Assembly (NCBI GenBank): GCA_035627595.1
Contig: DASPLK010000005.1
Span: 3,877-67,876, forward strand
Length of the DNA: 64,000 nucleotides
From: Minisyncoccota bacterium
GTDB lineage: Bacteria > Patescibacteriota > Minisyncoccia > Phycocordibacterales > Phycocordibacteraceae
Reading direction: 5' to 3'
This document shows, piece after piece, positions 44,074-54,400 of the stretch; position 1 is the stretch's first letter; every line of letters starts with the position of its first letter. Made by a program: the position numbers and the translations under genes. The notes beneath the pieces were generated by a model. The model saw nothing but the letters and a program-made list of their open reading frames with translations. It made no database searches and was not told where the DNA came from.

Positions 44074-45372
44074 TTAACGCTTCTCGATGAACGTGAGCGC
44101 CTTGCCGGTCTTGCCCGCGCGGCCGGTACGGCCGATGCGGTGGGTATAGTCCTCGTACGTACCCGGGAGATCGAAGTTGATCACGTGGGATACGCCCGAG
44201 ATGTCGAGGCCGCGAGCCGCGACATCGGTCGCAACCAGCACCTGGACATGGTCAGCCTTGAAGAGGCTAAGTGCCTTCTGGCGCTTACCATGGGTCTTAT
44301 CGCCATGGATGCTTTCTGCCTTCACACCTGCACGCATGAGGTCCTTAGTGAGACGCTCGACGCCATGCTTGGTGCGTCCGAAGACAAGCACCTTATCGAA
44401 CTCAGGGTTCTTCAGAAGGTCCACGAGAGTCGTGAACTTCTGCTCAGAGCCGTTACAGTAGACGACGTCCTGATCGATGGTTGCCGCGGTCTCCCGGGTC
44501 TTAACCATGATGCGGACTGGGTCCTTAAGGAAGTCGCCGATGAGGCGCTCGATATCGCGCGACATGGTCGCGGTGAAGAAGAGCGTCTGGCGATCCTTGG
44601 ACATCTTGCCGACGATGAAGCGCATGTCTGGGATGAATCCCATATCGAGCATGCGGTCTGCCTCATCGAGAACGAGTGTCTCGAAGTCTGCAAAGTTGAG
44701 CTCGCGACGCTCCTCAAGGTCCTTCAAACGTCCCGGCGTACCGATGACAAATGCAGGCTTGCGACGTAGCTGGCGGATCTGCGGCTCAAGGCCTGCGCCA
44801 CCCACACAGACGACTGCGGAGATACCGAGACGCTTAGCGAATCCGTAGAACTCGGCCTCGATCTGGATAGCGAGCTCGCGGGTCGGTGCCATGATAAGGA
44901 TACGCTCATCCTTCCCAAGCGCGCGCATCTTCAATACCTTGTCGATGAGCGGAATAAGGAAGGACGCGGTCTTTCCGGTACCGGTGTTTGCGATACCGAC
45001 GACATCCTTACCCTGGAGCACCTCCGGAATAGACTGGTCCTGGATCGGAGTCGGGGTCATGTATCCCTTGCCGAGTATGTTCTCCTTCAGCTGGCTGTCG
45101 ATCTTGAAGTCAGCAAAGGTGTGCACCGGAGCGTACACCTCCACCTCCTGCTGAGGCTGAGCCTTGTTAATGAGCATCGAAATATCGACGTTCATTTCCT
45201 GATAGTTGCGCTTGCCACGAGAGTTGCCTCCCGAGCGAGGTGCGCCTCCTCCGCCTGAACGGCGAGGAGAGGAGCTGCCTCCGCCCTTGCGGCGGCGCTG
45301 GCCCTCAGGAAGAGGACCCTTGTAGTGACGAGGCGGACGTGCGTCCGTACGTCGGATATATGTTATAGCCAT
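44074..45372 (-). CDS. DEAD-box ATP-dependent RNA helicase with an Arg/Gly-rich N-terminal low-complexity region
   Basis: Q-motif (FADFKI...TPIQ), GTGKT, DEAD (VLDEADRMLDMGF), SAT (TAT), HRIGRTGRAG. Start chosen at MAITYIRR (45372). The track ORF extends to 45795 but would run through a promoter-like element, a 15-bp hairpin and the upstream gene. Confidence 0.85.
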   Translation of the reverse strand: MAITYIRRTDARPPRHYKGPLPEGQRRRKGGGSSSPRRSGGGGAPRSGGNSRGKRNYQEMNVDISMLINKAQPQQEVEVYAPVHTFADFKIDSQLKENILGKGYMTPTPIQDQSIPEVLQGKDVVGIANTGTGKTASFLIPLIDKVLKMRALGKDERILIMAPTRELAIQIEAEFYGFAKRLGISAVVCVGGAGLEPQIRQLRRKPAFVIGTPGRLKDLEERRELNFADFETLVLDEADRMLDMGFIPDMRFIVGKMSKDRQTLFFTATMSRDIERLIGDFLKDPVRIMVKTRETAATIDQDVVYCNGSEQKFTTLVDLLKNPEFDKVLVFGRTKHGVERLTKDLMRAGVKAESIHGDKTHGKRQKALSLFKADHVQVLVATDVAARGLDISGVSHVINFDLPGTYEDYTHRIGRTGRAGKTGKALTFIEKR

Positions 45373-45527
45373 ATTGATTCTTTCGTTGAAACGTCCGCAG
45401 AGGGGCGCGATCGTATGATGTAATTCCCCAGTCTCGAGAGTTTCGAACATTTCCTCTAGAACACTTTCTGCGTTCGGTCCCGAGATACTCTCAAGACGGC
45501 AAACTTTTGGAGGACTGTGGTAGCTAA

Positions 45528-45556
45528 AATATAGCACAAACCTTATATATGCGCAA
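45528..45556 (-). promoter_or_regulatory. putative promoter of the helicase gene (TTGCGC-17-TATATT), giving a ~150-nt 5' UTR
   Basis: The minus strand reads TTGCGCatatataaggtttgtgcTATATT. Confidence 0.4.
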
Positions 45557-45558
45557 GT

Positions 45559-45591
45559 AGCAATGAACCCCGCATCGCGGGGTTCATTGCT
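45559..45591 (-). terminator. perfect 15-bp hairpin 17 nt downstream of the small K-rich gene
   Basis: AGCAATGAACCCCGC(ATC)GCGGGGTTCATTGCT. No U-run follows; it may act as a terminator or an RNA stabiliser. Confidence 0.5.
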
Positions 45592-45608
45592 GTCGTCTGA
45601 TGCGGAGC

Positions 45609-45908
45609 TTAGGAGTTTCTCTTTCTTGTCTTGGCCGCTTTCTGTGCGGAGGCTTTCCGTGCTGCTTTGGGTCGTGCTGCTGATGCCTTGCCTCCCTTTA
45701 CTCCGCCCTTCTTGGATGGGGATGTGTCCTTTTTCTGTCCGCGGCCGGAGCCGCTCTTCTTTCCGCCTTTGTCCTGTTTGTTTACCGTAGCCCACGCGCG
45801 TGCCTCTGCTTCTTTTTCGGGCACGCCGCGCTTCTCGTAGCCTTCTTCGATATGCTCAGCCTGGCGCTTTTGCTTATCGGTGTAGGCTGATTTGTCGCCA
45901 CGGGGCAT
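45609..45908 (-). CDS. small Lys/Gly-rich basic protein, hypothetical
   Basis: 99 aa from MPRGDKSAYTDKQKRQAEHIEEGYEKRGVPEKEAEARAWATVNK followed by a KGG-rich tail. I recall seeing this conserved N-terminal motif widely among bacteria, but the family is not named with confidence. Confidence 0.55.
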   Translation of the reverse strand: MPRGDKSAYTDKQKRQAEHIEEGYEKRGVPEKEAEARAWATVNKQDKGGKKSGSGRGQKKDTSPSKKGGVKGGKASAARPKAARKASAQKAAKTRKRNS

Positions 45909-45914
45909 AGGACG

Positions 45915-46067
45915 TTAGGCTACCGGGTTCCTGCCCTGGATGAGGCGAACGAGGAACATAATGACGGCTACCACGAGGAGGAGGTGGATGAATCCGCCGA
46001 GGGTGTAGCTCGTCACGAGGCCAATGGCCCAGAGAACAAGCAATAGAATTGCAATGGTTGCTAGCAT
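45915..46067 (-). CDS. lmo0937-family micro membrane protein (50 aa), absent from the ORF track
   Basis: MLATIAILLLVLWAIGLVTSYTLGGFIHLLLVVAVIMFLVRLIQGRNPVA, the typical lmo0937/DUF family sequence. Confidence 0.6.
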   Translation of the reverse strand: MLATIAILLLVLWAIGLVTSYTLGGFIHLLLVVAVIMFLVRLIQGRNPVA

Positions 46068-46153
46068 AGCGATTTCTTATCCGGATAATCCTTCCGCAAG
46101 CGATGGCCTACGGAATACAAAAGTTAAGACGCTGGGTATTACCGGTTCTTACG

Positions 46154-46181
46154 AAAAAACGGCTTACCTAAGCCGTCTTTT
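46154..46181. terminator. bidirectional intrinsic terminator downstream of typA
   Basis: GAAAAAACGGCTT(ACCT)AAGCCGTCTTTT. Confidence 0.7.
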
Positions 46182-46203
46182 CATGAGTACTTTATGAAGC
46201 AAT

Positions 46204-47988
46204 CTAGCGCCTCGCTTTAGCACGAGCAGACTCAGTCAGTTCCTGCTTCCTCAAGCGTACGCTCTTGGGCGTAATCTCAAGGTATTCGTCGCTCGCCATC
46301 ACCTCAAGACCGCGCTCGATCGTAAGATCAAACGGAGGCACGAGATTGATTGCCTCATCGTTACCGGAGGAACGGACGTTGGTGAGGTTCTTACCCTTAG
46401 TCGGATTCACGAGCATCTCTTCGCCCTTAGAAGTGTTTCCAATGACCATACCCTCGTACACCTCGGTTGCAGGACCAATGTAAAGAAGGCCACGCTCTTG
46501 AAGACCCCATAGCGCATAGCCAAGTGCCTTGCCTGGGGCCATGGAGACCATGGAGCCGACCTGGCGCTTCTTGATCTCGCCGGCGTACGGCTGGAAGCCA
46601 ACCACGCGCGAGGAGATAATGCCTTCGCCCTTCGTATCGATAACGAACTGGTTGCGATAGCCGAGGAGGCCGCGCGTCGGTCCTAGGAGCGTGAGACGAA
46701 CGGAGTCATCGTGCTGCGTGAGATTCTGGAGGATGAAGGCACGGGTGCCCAGGCGCTCAATAATAGCTCCCTGATACTCGCTCGGGATGTCGATAATGAC
46801 CTCTTCGAACGGTTCAAGCTTCTGTCCTTCCTCCTCGCGGATGATGACCTGAGGCTGGGAGACCTGCATTTCGTAGCCTGCACGGCGCATGTTCTCCAAG
46901 AGAATGGCGACGTGGAGCTCACCGCGACCAGATACCTTAAAGGAGTCAGGCGAGACGAAATCAATCTTAAGTCCCACGTTCACCTCAAGCTCGCGCTCAA
47001 GATATTCGCGAAGCTGACGGCTCGTAACGTACTTCCCTTCCTTGCCCGCAAATGGAGAGTTATTAACGAGGAAGTTGAGGGTAATGGTGGGTTCATCGAC
47101 TGCAATAGCAGGCAAAGGCTCTGCGGCTGTATCTGTGGTCACGGTCTCGCCGATAAAGATGTCGGAAAGTCCGGCAATCATGACGATGTCACCCGCCTGT
47201 GCTTCTGTTGCCTCGACACGCTCAAGACCGTTGAAAGTGAAGAGCTTTGTGAGCTTTCCCGTACGCGCTTCGCCCGTTGGCTTCTTCACGGTCACATTAT
47301 CGGTAGCGCGAATAGAACCTTCGTACACGCGCGCGATTGCAAGACGTCCAAGGAAGTTATCGTACGCGAGATTGAACGCCTGGAGGCGTAGCGGCTTCTC
47401 AAGCATCTCGGGTGTGGAAGCCGGCGGCACGAGTTCAAGAATAGTATCGAGAAGCGGGGTGAGATCTTTACGCTCGTCAGCAAGCTCCTTCATAGCAACG
47501 CCCTCGCGGCCAATTGCGTAGACGGTCTTGAAGTTAGCCTGCTCATCAGAAGCGCCAAGCTCAAGGAAGAGTTCCAGTACCTGTTCTTCAGCGCGCGCAG
47601 GATCTGCAGCTGGCTTGTCTATCTTATTAAGTACGAGGATAGGCTTGATGCCGAGTTCAAGGGACTTCTTAAGCACGAAACGAGTCTGCGGCATTGGGCC
47701 TTCCTGAGCATCCACAACCAGAAGGACCGAGTCGATAGAGCGCAAAACGCGCTCGACCTCGCTACCGAAGTCTGCGTGTCCTGGCGTGTCTACAATGTTG
47801 ATCTTCGTATCCTTGTAGGTAACGGAGGCGTTCTTGGAGTAAATGGTAATGCCGCGCTCGCGCTCCAAGGTATTGGAATCCATAGATACGCCCTCATGCG
47901 CGGCGCCCGTCTGGCGTAGCAGTGCGTCGGTAAGCGTGGTCTTGCCATGATCCACGTGGGCGATAATTGCGATGTTTCGTATCTCCAT
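46204..47988 (-). CDS. typA: translational GTPase TypA/BipA
   Basis: [19 protein letters not shown], 594 aa, with the BipA C-terminal domain. Confidence 0.95.
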   Translation of the reverse strand: MEIRNIAIIAHVDHGKTTLTDALLRQTGAAHEGVSMDSNTLERERGITIYSKNASVTYKDTKINIVDTPGHADFGSEVERVLRSIDSVLLVVDAQEGPMPQTRFVLKKSLELGIKPILVLNKIDKPAADPARAEEQVLELFLELGASDEQANFKTVYAIGREGVAMKELADERKDLTPLLDTILELVPPASTPEMLEKPLRLQAFNLAYDNFLGRLAIARVYEGSIRATDNVTVKKPTGEARTGKLTKLFTFNGLERVEATEAQAGDIVMIAGLSDIFIGETVTTDTAAEPLPAIAVDEPTITLNFLVNNSPFAGKEGKYVTSRQLREYLERELEVNVGLKIDFVSPDSFKVSGRGELHVAILLENMRRAGYEMQVSQPQVIIREEEGQKLEPFEEVIIDIPSEYQGAIIERLGTRAFILQNLTQHDDSVRLTLLGPTRGLLGYRNQFVIDTKGEGIISSRVVGFQPYAGEIKKRQVGSMVSMAPGKALGYALWGLQERGLLYIGPATEVYEGMVIGNTSKGEEMLVNPTKGKNLTNVRSSGNDEAINLVPPFDLTIERGLEVMASDEYLEITPKSVRLRKQELTESARAKARR

Positions 47989-48115
47989 AAAATAAAAGAG
48001 GCCTGGGGCCTGTTACCGACACAATACCTCTATATATATAGGAGCGTCAATGAAGCCATGCTATAACTCCTTCGGATCTATACCGTGGGTCCGTAACCGA
48101 GAGATGGAGGGTGCT

Positions 48116-48799
48116 ATGCGCATCCAGCCAAAACGGGTCCGCGCAGTCATCTTCGACTACGACGGGCCACTGAGCAATTCCTTCAACCACGGCCTGCGTA
48201 TGCTTGCCACACTCGCGCGCAAGCGGGGCCTGGCGTTCACGCCCCGCATCGCGAAACGGCTCATCCGCACCTGGGGGCTGAAGGGCAACGAGCTCATCGC
48301 CAAAGCGTTCGGCATATCTCTCGATGAGGGCACGGTGCTCTATCGTGAGTGGTCGGAAGCTGAGAAACTGACTCCGTGCGGGCTCGTGCCGATGGCGCGG
48401 GAAACCTTGCAGGATCTGCGCGAGCGAGGACTGGTCAACACCATCCTTACCTCGCGCCCCAGCTGGGCGCTTGCGCATTCGATCGATGCTGAGGGCATAA
48501 AGGAACACTTCGCGCACATCGTTACAACGTGCGACACAGAGTTCCATAAGCCCCATCCGCGGTCGTTCGACTGTACGATGGAGCTCCTCGGAAGACGCGG
48601 CGTCCGTGAGGATGAATGTGTCTTTATCGGCGATACGTTCGTCGACATCGATGCAGGGCGGGCACGCGGTGTGACGACATTTATCGTACGCACCGGCCCA
48701 TACGCGTTCTTCGATCACAAGGACTTTGACCCCGACCACATGATTCCATCGGTTGGTCATCTCGTGCCGCGACTCAGGGATCTCAACTATTCCCTGTAG
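48116..48799 (+). CDS. HAD-superfamily hydrolase (beta-PGM/phosphatase-like)
   Basis: GGAGGG-5nt-ATG start, VIFDYDGPL motif I, and a GDTFVDIDAG motif IV-like region. Confidence 0.75.
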   Translation: MRIQPKRVRAVIFDYDGPLSNSFNHGLRMLATLARKRGLAFTPRIAKRLIRTWGLKGNELIAKAFGISLDEGTVLYREWSEAEKLTPCGLVPMARETLQDLRERGLVNTILTSRPSWALAHSIDAEGIKEHFAHIVTTCDTEFHKPHPRSFDCTMELLGRRGVREDECVFIGDTFVDIDAGRARGVTTFIVRTGPYAFFDHKDFDPDHMIPSVGHLVPRLRDLNYSL

Positions 48800-48834
48800 T
48801 CAAAAGGGCTCCGCTTTGGCGGGGCCCTTTCTGC
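48800..48834. terminator. hairpin between convergent HAD and mltG
   Basis: AAAGGGCTCCGC(TTTG)GCGGGGCCCTTT has one mismatch. Confidence 0.5.
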
Positions 48835-49848
48835 TTATCTTAGATAGGTTTCGACATTCGCCTTATGCTGCGCGTAGTTTGTGGAGCAGTGTATCTGTCC
48901 ATCGTAATCATGCAGATAGTAGAGACAATCGGTCTGATCAGGGTTCAATACAGCGCGGATGGAATCGAGACTCGGGTTGGCGATCGGGTGCGGCGGAAGC
49001 CCCGTGTTCTGATAAGTATTAAAGGGAGACTCCAAGTATTTGTCTTCGGACTGAGGCACCGGCCACCATTTCTCTTTGTTGCCCCGTACATACTGCAGCG
49101 TCGCATCCACTTGTAGGAGCATGTCACGGTCGATGCGATTCCAGAGTATCGCTGCAACGAGTGCCTTGTCGTTCTTCGCCGCTTCCCGTTGAACAAGTGA
49201 CGCAAGGTTCACAACATCAGTCCAGTCCATTCCCTTTTCCGCCGCTTCATTTGCGTATGGTGCAAAAACTTCCTGGAATCTCTTGCGCATTCGCTCAGCA
49301 ACTTCCTTAGGCGATTGATCGGTTGGTATGAGGTATGTATCGGGATAGTAGACGCCCTCAACAAACGACGGGGAGGGTGCGGTATGCACGTCTATCCATT
49401 CCCTCTTCTCTTCCTCAGTCCACGTAAGGTGCTCCCCAAGCAGCTCCGCAATCTCTTCCTTACGCATACCTGGGGTTACCGTGACCCATGCAATTGAAGG
49501 GGTGCGCGCAAGCATGTCGGCGATCGCAAGCGTATCCATAGCTCGTGATATACGATATCCACCCGGCCGTATCCTCTCATTACCCCCTCCGCGGTATGCA
49601 GCATTAAATGCAAACGAACTGCGAATGAATCCTTCGTCTTCAAGACGATTAGCAACGTCACTTACGCTCGTTCCCGGCGCTACTAAAAATTCCTGAGAGA
49701 GCGCTGAGTCATCGACCGGGCCAAATAGATATGCGTATCCCAAGAGCGCCACGAAGAGGAACGCTAGAAAGCCGAACGCAATGCGCCGTGGGGTAAATCG
49801 GCGCCGTAGAGTAGGAACGCTCATTGGTGAGAGTGTACCATCGACCAA
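48835..49848 (-). CDS. mltG: endolytic murein transglycosylase MltG (YceG family)
   Basis: N-terminal TM anchor followed by the YceG domain. Confidence 0.82.
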   Translation of the reverse strand: MVDGTLSPMSVPTLRRRFTPRRIAFGFLAFLFVALLGYAYLFGPVDDSALSQEFLVAPGTSVSDVANRLEDEGFIRSSFAFNAAYRGGGNERIRPGGYRISRAMDTLAIADMLARTPSIAWVTVTPGMRKEEIAELLGEHLTWTEEEKREWIDVHTAPSPSFVEGVYYPDTYLIPTDQSPKEVAERMRKRFQEVFAPYANEAAEKGMDWTDVVNLASLVQREAAKNDKALVAAILWNRIDRDMLLQVDATLQYVRGNKEKWWPVPQSEDKYLESPFNTYQNTGLPPHPIANPSLDSIRAVLNPDQTDCLYYLHDYDGQIHCSTNYAQHKANVETYLR

Positions 49849-49869
49849 ACGAAGAATATGGCGTATACA

Positions 49870-49898
49870 TTGACATTTTTATAAAAATCGAGCATAGT
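49870..49898 (+). promoter_or_regulatory. putative promoter (TTGACA-17-CATAGT) ending 6 nt before the adaptor-gene ATG, a leaderless candidate
   Basis: TTGACA lies at 49870-49875 and CATAGT at 49893-49898, with the ATG at 49905. There is no SD. Confidence 0.4.
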
Positions 49899-49904
49899 AT
49901 TTTC

Positions 49905-51479
49905 ATGCAATTCGTTTCAATAGTTAAGTCCGGGGCATCTCGGACTTCCTCTCGTATTATTGGCGTCACTAATGGTGTCTGGAGACGCTACAGGGGCCTT
50001 TCTAAGCGCTGGCAGGTAGCCATCGCGGTACTTCTTGCTGTCCTTCTCGTCGCGCTTTTCATGCTACTTGGCGGAAGCAAGCCGCAGTCAGCAACCAATT
50101 CACTTCGCACGGTAACTCTGGAGAGTGTTGGCGCCCTCTCAGGTAACGGCAGTTCCGTTTCTGTCATCGGAACTGTCCGGTCCGTGTCCGAAGCGCAGGT
50201 ACTCGCGCAATCTGGCGGCACGGTTCGCAGGGTGCATACACAAATTGGATCACGTGTTCCGGCAGGCTTCGTGATCGCAGAGCTTGAGAATGCGAGCGAG
50301 CGAGCGGTCGTTCTTCAAGCACAGGGTGCGTACGAAGCAGCACTCGCTTCCCGTTCCATAACTCTCCTCCAGGCAGACAACACCAGTGCTTCCCTTTCCG
50401 AGACCGAGCGCTCAGTTCGCAACACATACCGCAGCGTCTATACCACCGTTGATAATGCGCTTGAGAATTATGTCGATCCTCTCATGTCGGGCGTTGATCG
50501 CGTTTCAACTGTTGGCGCGGATCTAACGGAGCAGCGTGCGGAAATTCGCAACTTGATGAACCAATGGCGCTACTCGCTTGAGCGCGCCGAGTCCGAGAGC
50601 CCAGAAGTTCTTCTCGCACGAGCTGAAGAAGCGTCCCGTGCAGTCACTGAATTCCTTGGCGAACTCGCACGTGCTGTGAACTCAAACAACTCAGACGCAA
50701 CCGCGACCCAGCGCTCCGGTGTTGCGACCGCGCGCACGAGTATCGACAGCGTCCTAGCGACTCTTTCTACCCAGCGCGATGCTCTTCGCGCAGCTCAAAC
50801 TGCGGCAGACGTCGCTGACCGCCAAACAACTTCTACAGATTCACGGACCGCAGGTGCAGACGCTTCCGTAAAGCAGGCCCTTGGTTCACTCCGCCTTGCA
50901 CAGGCGAACCTCGAGAAGACCATTGTCCGTGCACCTATCGCGGGCACGGTGAACTTCTTGCCTATTCGCGTAGGAGACTATGCAACCTCATTCCAGCATG
51001 TCGCGACAGTTGCAAACAATGGATCTCTTGAGGTCGTCGCGTATGTTTCGGAGGGTGACCGTGAGCTTATTTCCGTCGGCGAGAAGGTGACTGTTGAGGA
51101 TGACCATCAAGGCGTTATCACCTCCATCGCCCCTGCTCTTGATCCGACCACCAAGCGCATCGAGGTTCGCATTGCTGTTACCGGTGGCGAGGGTCTCGTC
51201 AATGGCCAGAGCGTACGTATTGCGTTTAGGAACGTGGTAGCAAGTGAAGCGCCTACCCAAGGCCCAGTTCTGCTTCCCTTGGCTGCAGTGAAGCTTCGTA
51301 CGGACGACCGCGTAGTCTACACAGTAGATGACGCAGGTCGCCTGGTTGCCGTACAAGTTGAAATCGGCGAGGTGCGGGGCGACCGCATCGAGATACTCTC
51401 CCCGCTTCCGCTTGAGGTGCGCATCGTGACTGATGCTCGCGGTCTTGCCGAGGGACAGCAGGTCAATGTCGCAGACTAA
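49905..51479 (+). CDS. efflux RND transporter periplasmic adaptor subunit (HlyD/MFP family)
   Basis: TM anchor, then long coiled coil, then a beta-barrel region (IVRAPIAGTVNFL...). Confidence 0.8.
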   Translation: MQFVSIVKSGASRTSSRIIGVTNGVWRRYRGLSKRWQVAIAVLLAVLLVALFMLLGGSKPQSATNSLRTVTLESVGALSGNGSSVSVIGTVRSVSEAQVLAQSGGTVRRVHTQIGSRVPAGFVIAELENASERAVVLQAQGAYEAALASRSITLLQADNTSASLSETERSVRNTYRSVYTTVDNALENYVDPLMSGVDRVSTVGADLTEQRAEIRNLMNQWRYSLERAESESPEVLLARAEEASRAVTEFLGELARAVNSNNSDATATQRSGVATARTSIDSVLATLSTQRDALRAAQTAADVADRQTTSTDSRTAGADASVKQALGSLRLAQANLEKTIVRAPIAGTVNFLPIRVGDYATSFQHVATVANNGSLEVVAYVSEGDRELISVGEKVTVEDDHQGVITSIAPALDPTTKRIEVRIAVTGGEGLVNGQSVRIAFRNVVASEAPTQGPVLLPLAAVKLRTDDRVVYTVDDAGRLVAVQVEIGEVRGDRIEILSPLPLEVRIVTDARGLAEGQQVNVAD

Positions 51480-51482
51480 AGT

Positions 51483-54400
51483 ATGATCCCCCTTTGGCAG
51501 TTTTTCCTCAACAAGCATCACTTCACGATGCTTCTTATGGCCGTCCTTGTAATGGGCGGTATCTTTGCTGCCATCATGATCCCGAAGGAATCGTCCCCGG
51601 AGGTCCAGATTCCAATGGGTATCGTTACAACCGTGCTTCCTGGCGCCTCTGCGGAGGATGTTGAGGAGCTGATCACAAACAAGCTTGAGGACCGCATCAT
51701 TGGCCTCGAGCGCGTCTCTCGCGTCACTTCAACTTCTGGTGACGGAGTCTCCTCAATCACCGTCGAGTTCGATGCTAGTGCAAATATCGAATCGTCCATC
51801 CAGCTCCTAAAGGATGAAGTAGATAAGGCGGAGGCAGAGCTTCCAGCTGAGGCTGAGGACCCGATGGTCACCGATGTTAACTTTGCTGACCAGCCTATTC
51901 TTATAGCCTCCATCTCTGGCGATCTCGCGCCAGCTGAGCTTACTGCGCTTGGCAACGCCGTGAAGGACGAGATTGAACGCGTGCCTGGTGTCTCTTCTGT
52001 CGCTCTTACTGGTGTTCGTGAGCGTCAGGTGCAGGTAATTGTCGAACAGGCAAAGCTTCGCCAGTACGGCCTCTCACTTTCTGATGTCACGACCGCAATC
52101 CGCACCTCGGGTATTGCAACGCCTTTGGGTTCGATTCGTGTATCTGGCGTGGAATATGCAGTGCGTCTTGAGGCGGGCGCAACCGAGGCTGAGGACATCG
52201 CAAACGTAGCATTGACGGGTCCAGGCAGCACGGCGCTTCGTGTTCGTGATGTTGCCAACGTGGTGAACGGTCTTGAGGATCCGCGCACGTTTTCTCGAGT
52301 TTCAGTGGAAGGCAACCCTTCGCAGCCCGCCCTTACCCTTTCTATATTCAAAAGCCGCGGCGGTAACATCGTTGACACTGGCCACGCCATTAAGGATCGC
52401 CTTGCAGAACTCGAGCAAACGACCCTAGCAGGCACGAAGACCGTTATTTCATACGATGCATCCAAAGATGTCGAACATGACCTCACTGAGCTTACGAGGG
52501 TCGGCATGGAAACAATGGTGCTTGTCATGCTCGTCCTTTTTCTTACACTCGGCTGGCGCGAGTCCCTCGTTGCCGCGGTCTCTGTTCCGCTATCATTCCT
52601 CATCGCATTTATCGGGTTGTGGGCCAGTGGAAACACCATCAACTTCATTTCTCTCTTCTCCCTCATCCTTGCGATCGGTATTTTGGTGGACTCGGGCATT
52701 GTCGTTGTGGAGGCGTTTCATACTCGCCTTGTAAAATACGGCAATAAGTATCAGGCGGCTCTTGCGGCGATTAAAGAGTACGCATGGCCGCTTATAGCCG
52801 GCACGTTTACTACGATTGCAGTATTCGTGCCGCTATTCTTCCTCTCCGGTATTGTCGGCAAGTTTATCGCGTCCATTCCCTATACCGTTATCTTTGTGCT
52901 CCTGGCATCTATCTTCGTTGCGCTTGGCCTTGTACCGCTGCTTGCGATCTACTTCGTCCGCAACACGCTCTCTGCGACGGAGAAGCGCCAAGAGGAGTAC
53001 AACGAACGGGCGCGCGCATGGTATGAGAATTATCTTCGCGGTCTTCTTGGGGATCGTAAGCGCGAGAATCGCTTTCTTCTCATCATCGGCGTGCTCTTTG
53101 TAGTTGCGCTCATGCTTCCTGCAATTGGCGTAGTAAAAGTAGTGTTCTTCCCTTCAGACGACTACGGCCTTCTTTACGCATCTATCGAGAAACCTCAAGG
53201 TACCGAGCTTTCAGACACCGACATTAGTGCGCGCGAGGTCGAGGAAATCCTCTATCAGGATCAGCGCATTGCATCGTTTGTAACTGAGGTTGGCTCGGGC
53301 AGCTCCTTCACAGGTACCGGTGCTGCAAGCGGGGCGAAGCTAGCGAACGTCACCATTAATCTTGTGGATGAGAGTGAGCGCAAGGAATCGAGTGATGAAG
53401 TGATGCAAGATATCCGTGAGAAGCTCTCGGCAGTCACCTCTGCCGCCGTTACCGTGTCCTCCCCTACCGGCGGCCCGCCAACAGGTAAACCAATCTCTGT
53501 TACATTTGCAGGCGATGATATCGGTGAGCTCACTCAAACCGTTGAGGCTGCGGCGCAGACCCTATCTGAAATACCCGGCGCGACCAACATTCAGACGAGC
53601 GCGCGCGACGACAGCGCCGAGTTCAAGATCGAGATCGATTCTGCAAAGGCGACCGAGCTCGGCGTCTCTCCTGCTGCCGCAGCAGATACGCTGCGCACCG
53701 CGCTCTTTGGCGCAAAAGCGACCGACATTCGAACTGAAACTGAAGATATCGAGGTACGTGTAAAACTTAATCTCAATCCGGCATACCAGCAGCCTGAGGA
53801 GACCAACGAAACCACCATTGAGGCCGTTCGCGAGCTAACCGTGCAAGGCACGCGCGGTCCGGTACCACTTTCAGCATTCGCTACTATCTCTTACGAGCAG
53901 GCAAATACTGCCATTCGACACGAGGGCGGTATGCGGACCGCAACACTTGAGGCTGATGTTGCACCAGGAGCAAACGCGCTCCAGGTTATGCAGACGTTCT
54001 TGAATCGCATGGAAGAGACTTCGCTTCCGCCGAGCGTAGAGATGAAAGTCGGAGGCGAGACAGAGGATGTAAATAAGTCATTCATTGAAATGGCAGTCGC
54101 GCTCCTCGCTGGTGCAGCACTCATGCTTGCCATCCTTGTCCTTGAATTCAATTCCTTCCGCCAGTCGCTCTACCTGCTTCTCATCATTCCGCTATCCCTC
54201 ATAGGGGTCATGGCAGGTCTAGCTATCACGCGATCACCGCTCTCCTTCCCATCAATGCTCGGTGTCATCGCGCTTGCCGGCGTCATCATCAACCATGCCA
54301 TCATTCTCATGGATTCAGTCGCCCGCATCGGACGCGCAAGCGAAGGCAGGACGCTTACCGACGTTGTCATCGAAGCATCGGCATCGCGCCTGCGCCCGAT

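Noticed and set aside
45373-45795. Upstream extension of the DEAD-box helicase ORF (track start 45795, 573 aa)
   Set aside because: The extension begins at a GTG, passes through a promoter-like TTGCGC-17-TATATT, a perfect 15-bp hairpin and the 3' end of the small K-rich gene. The extension has no similarity to helicases.
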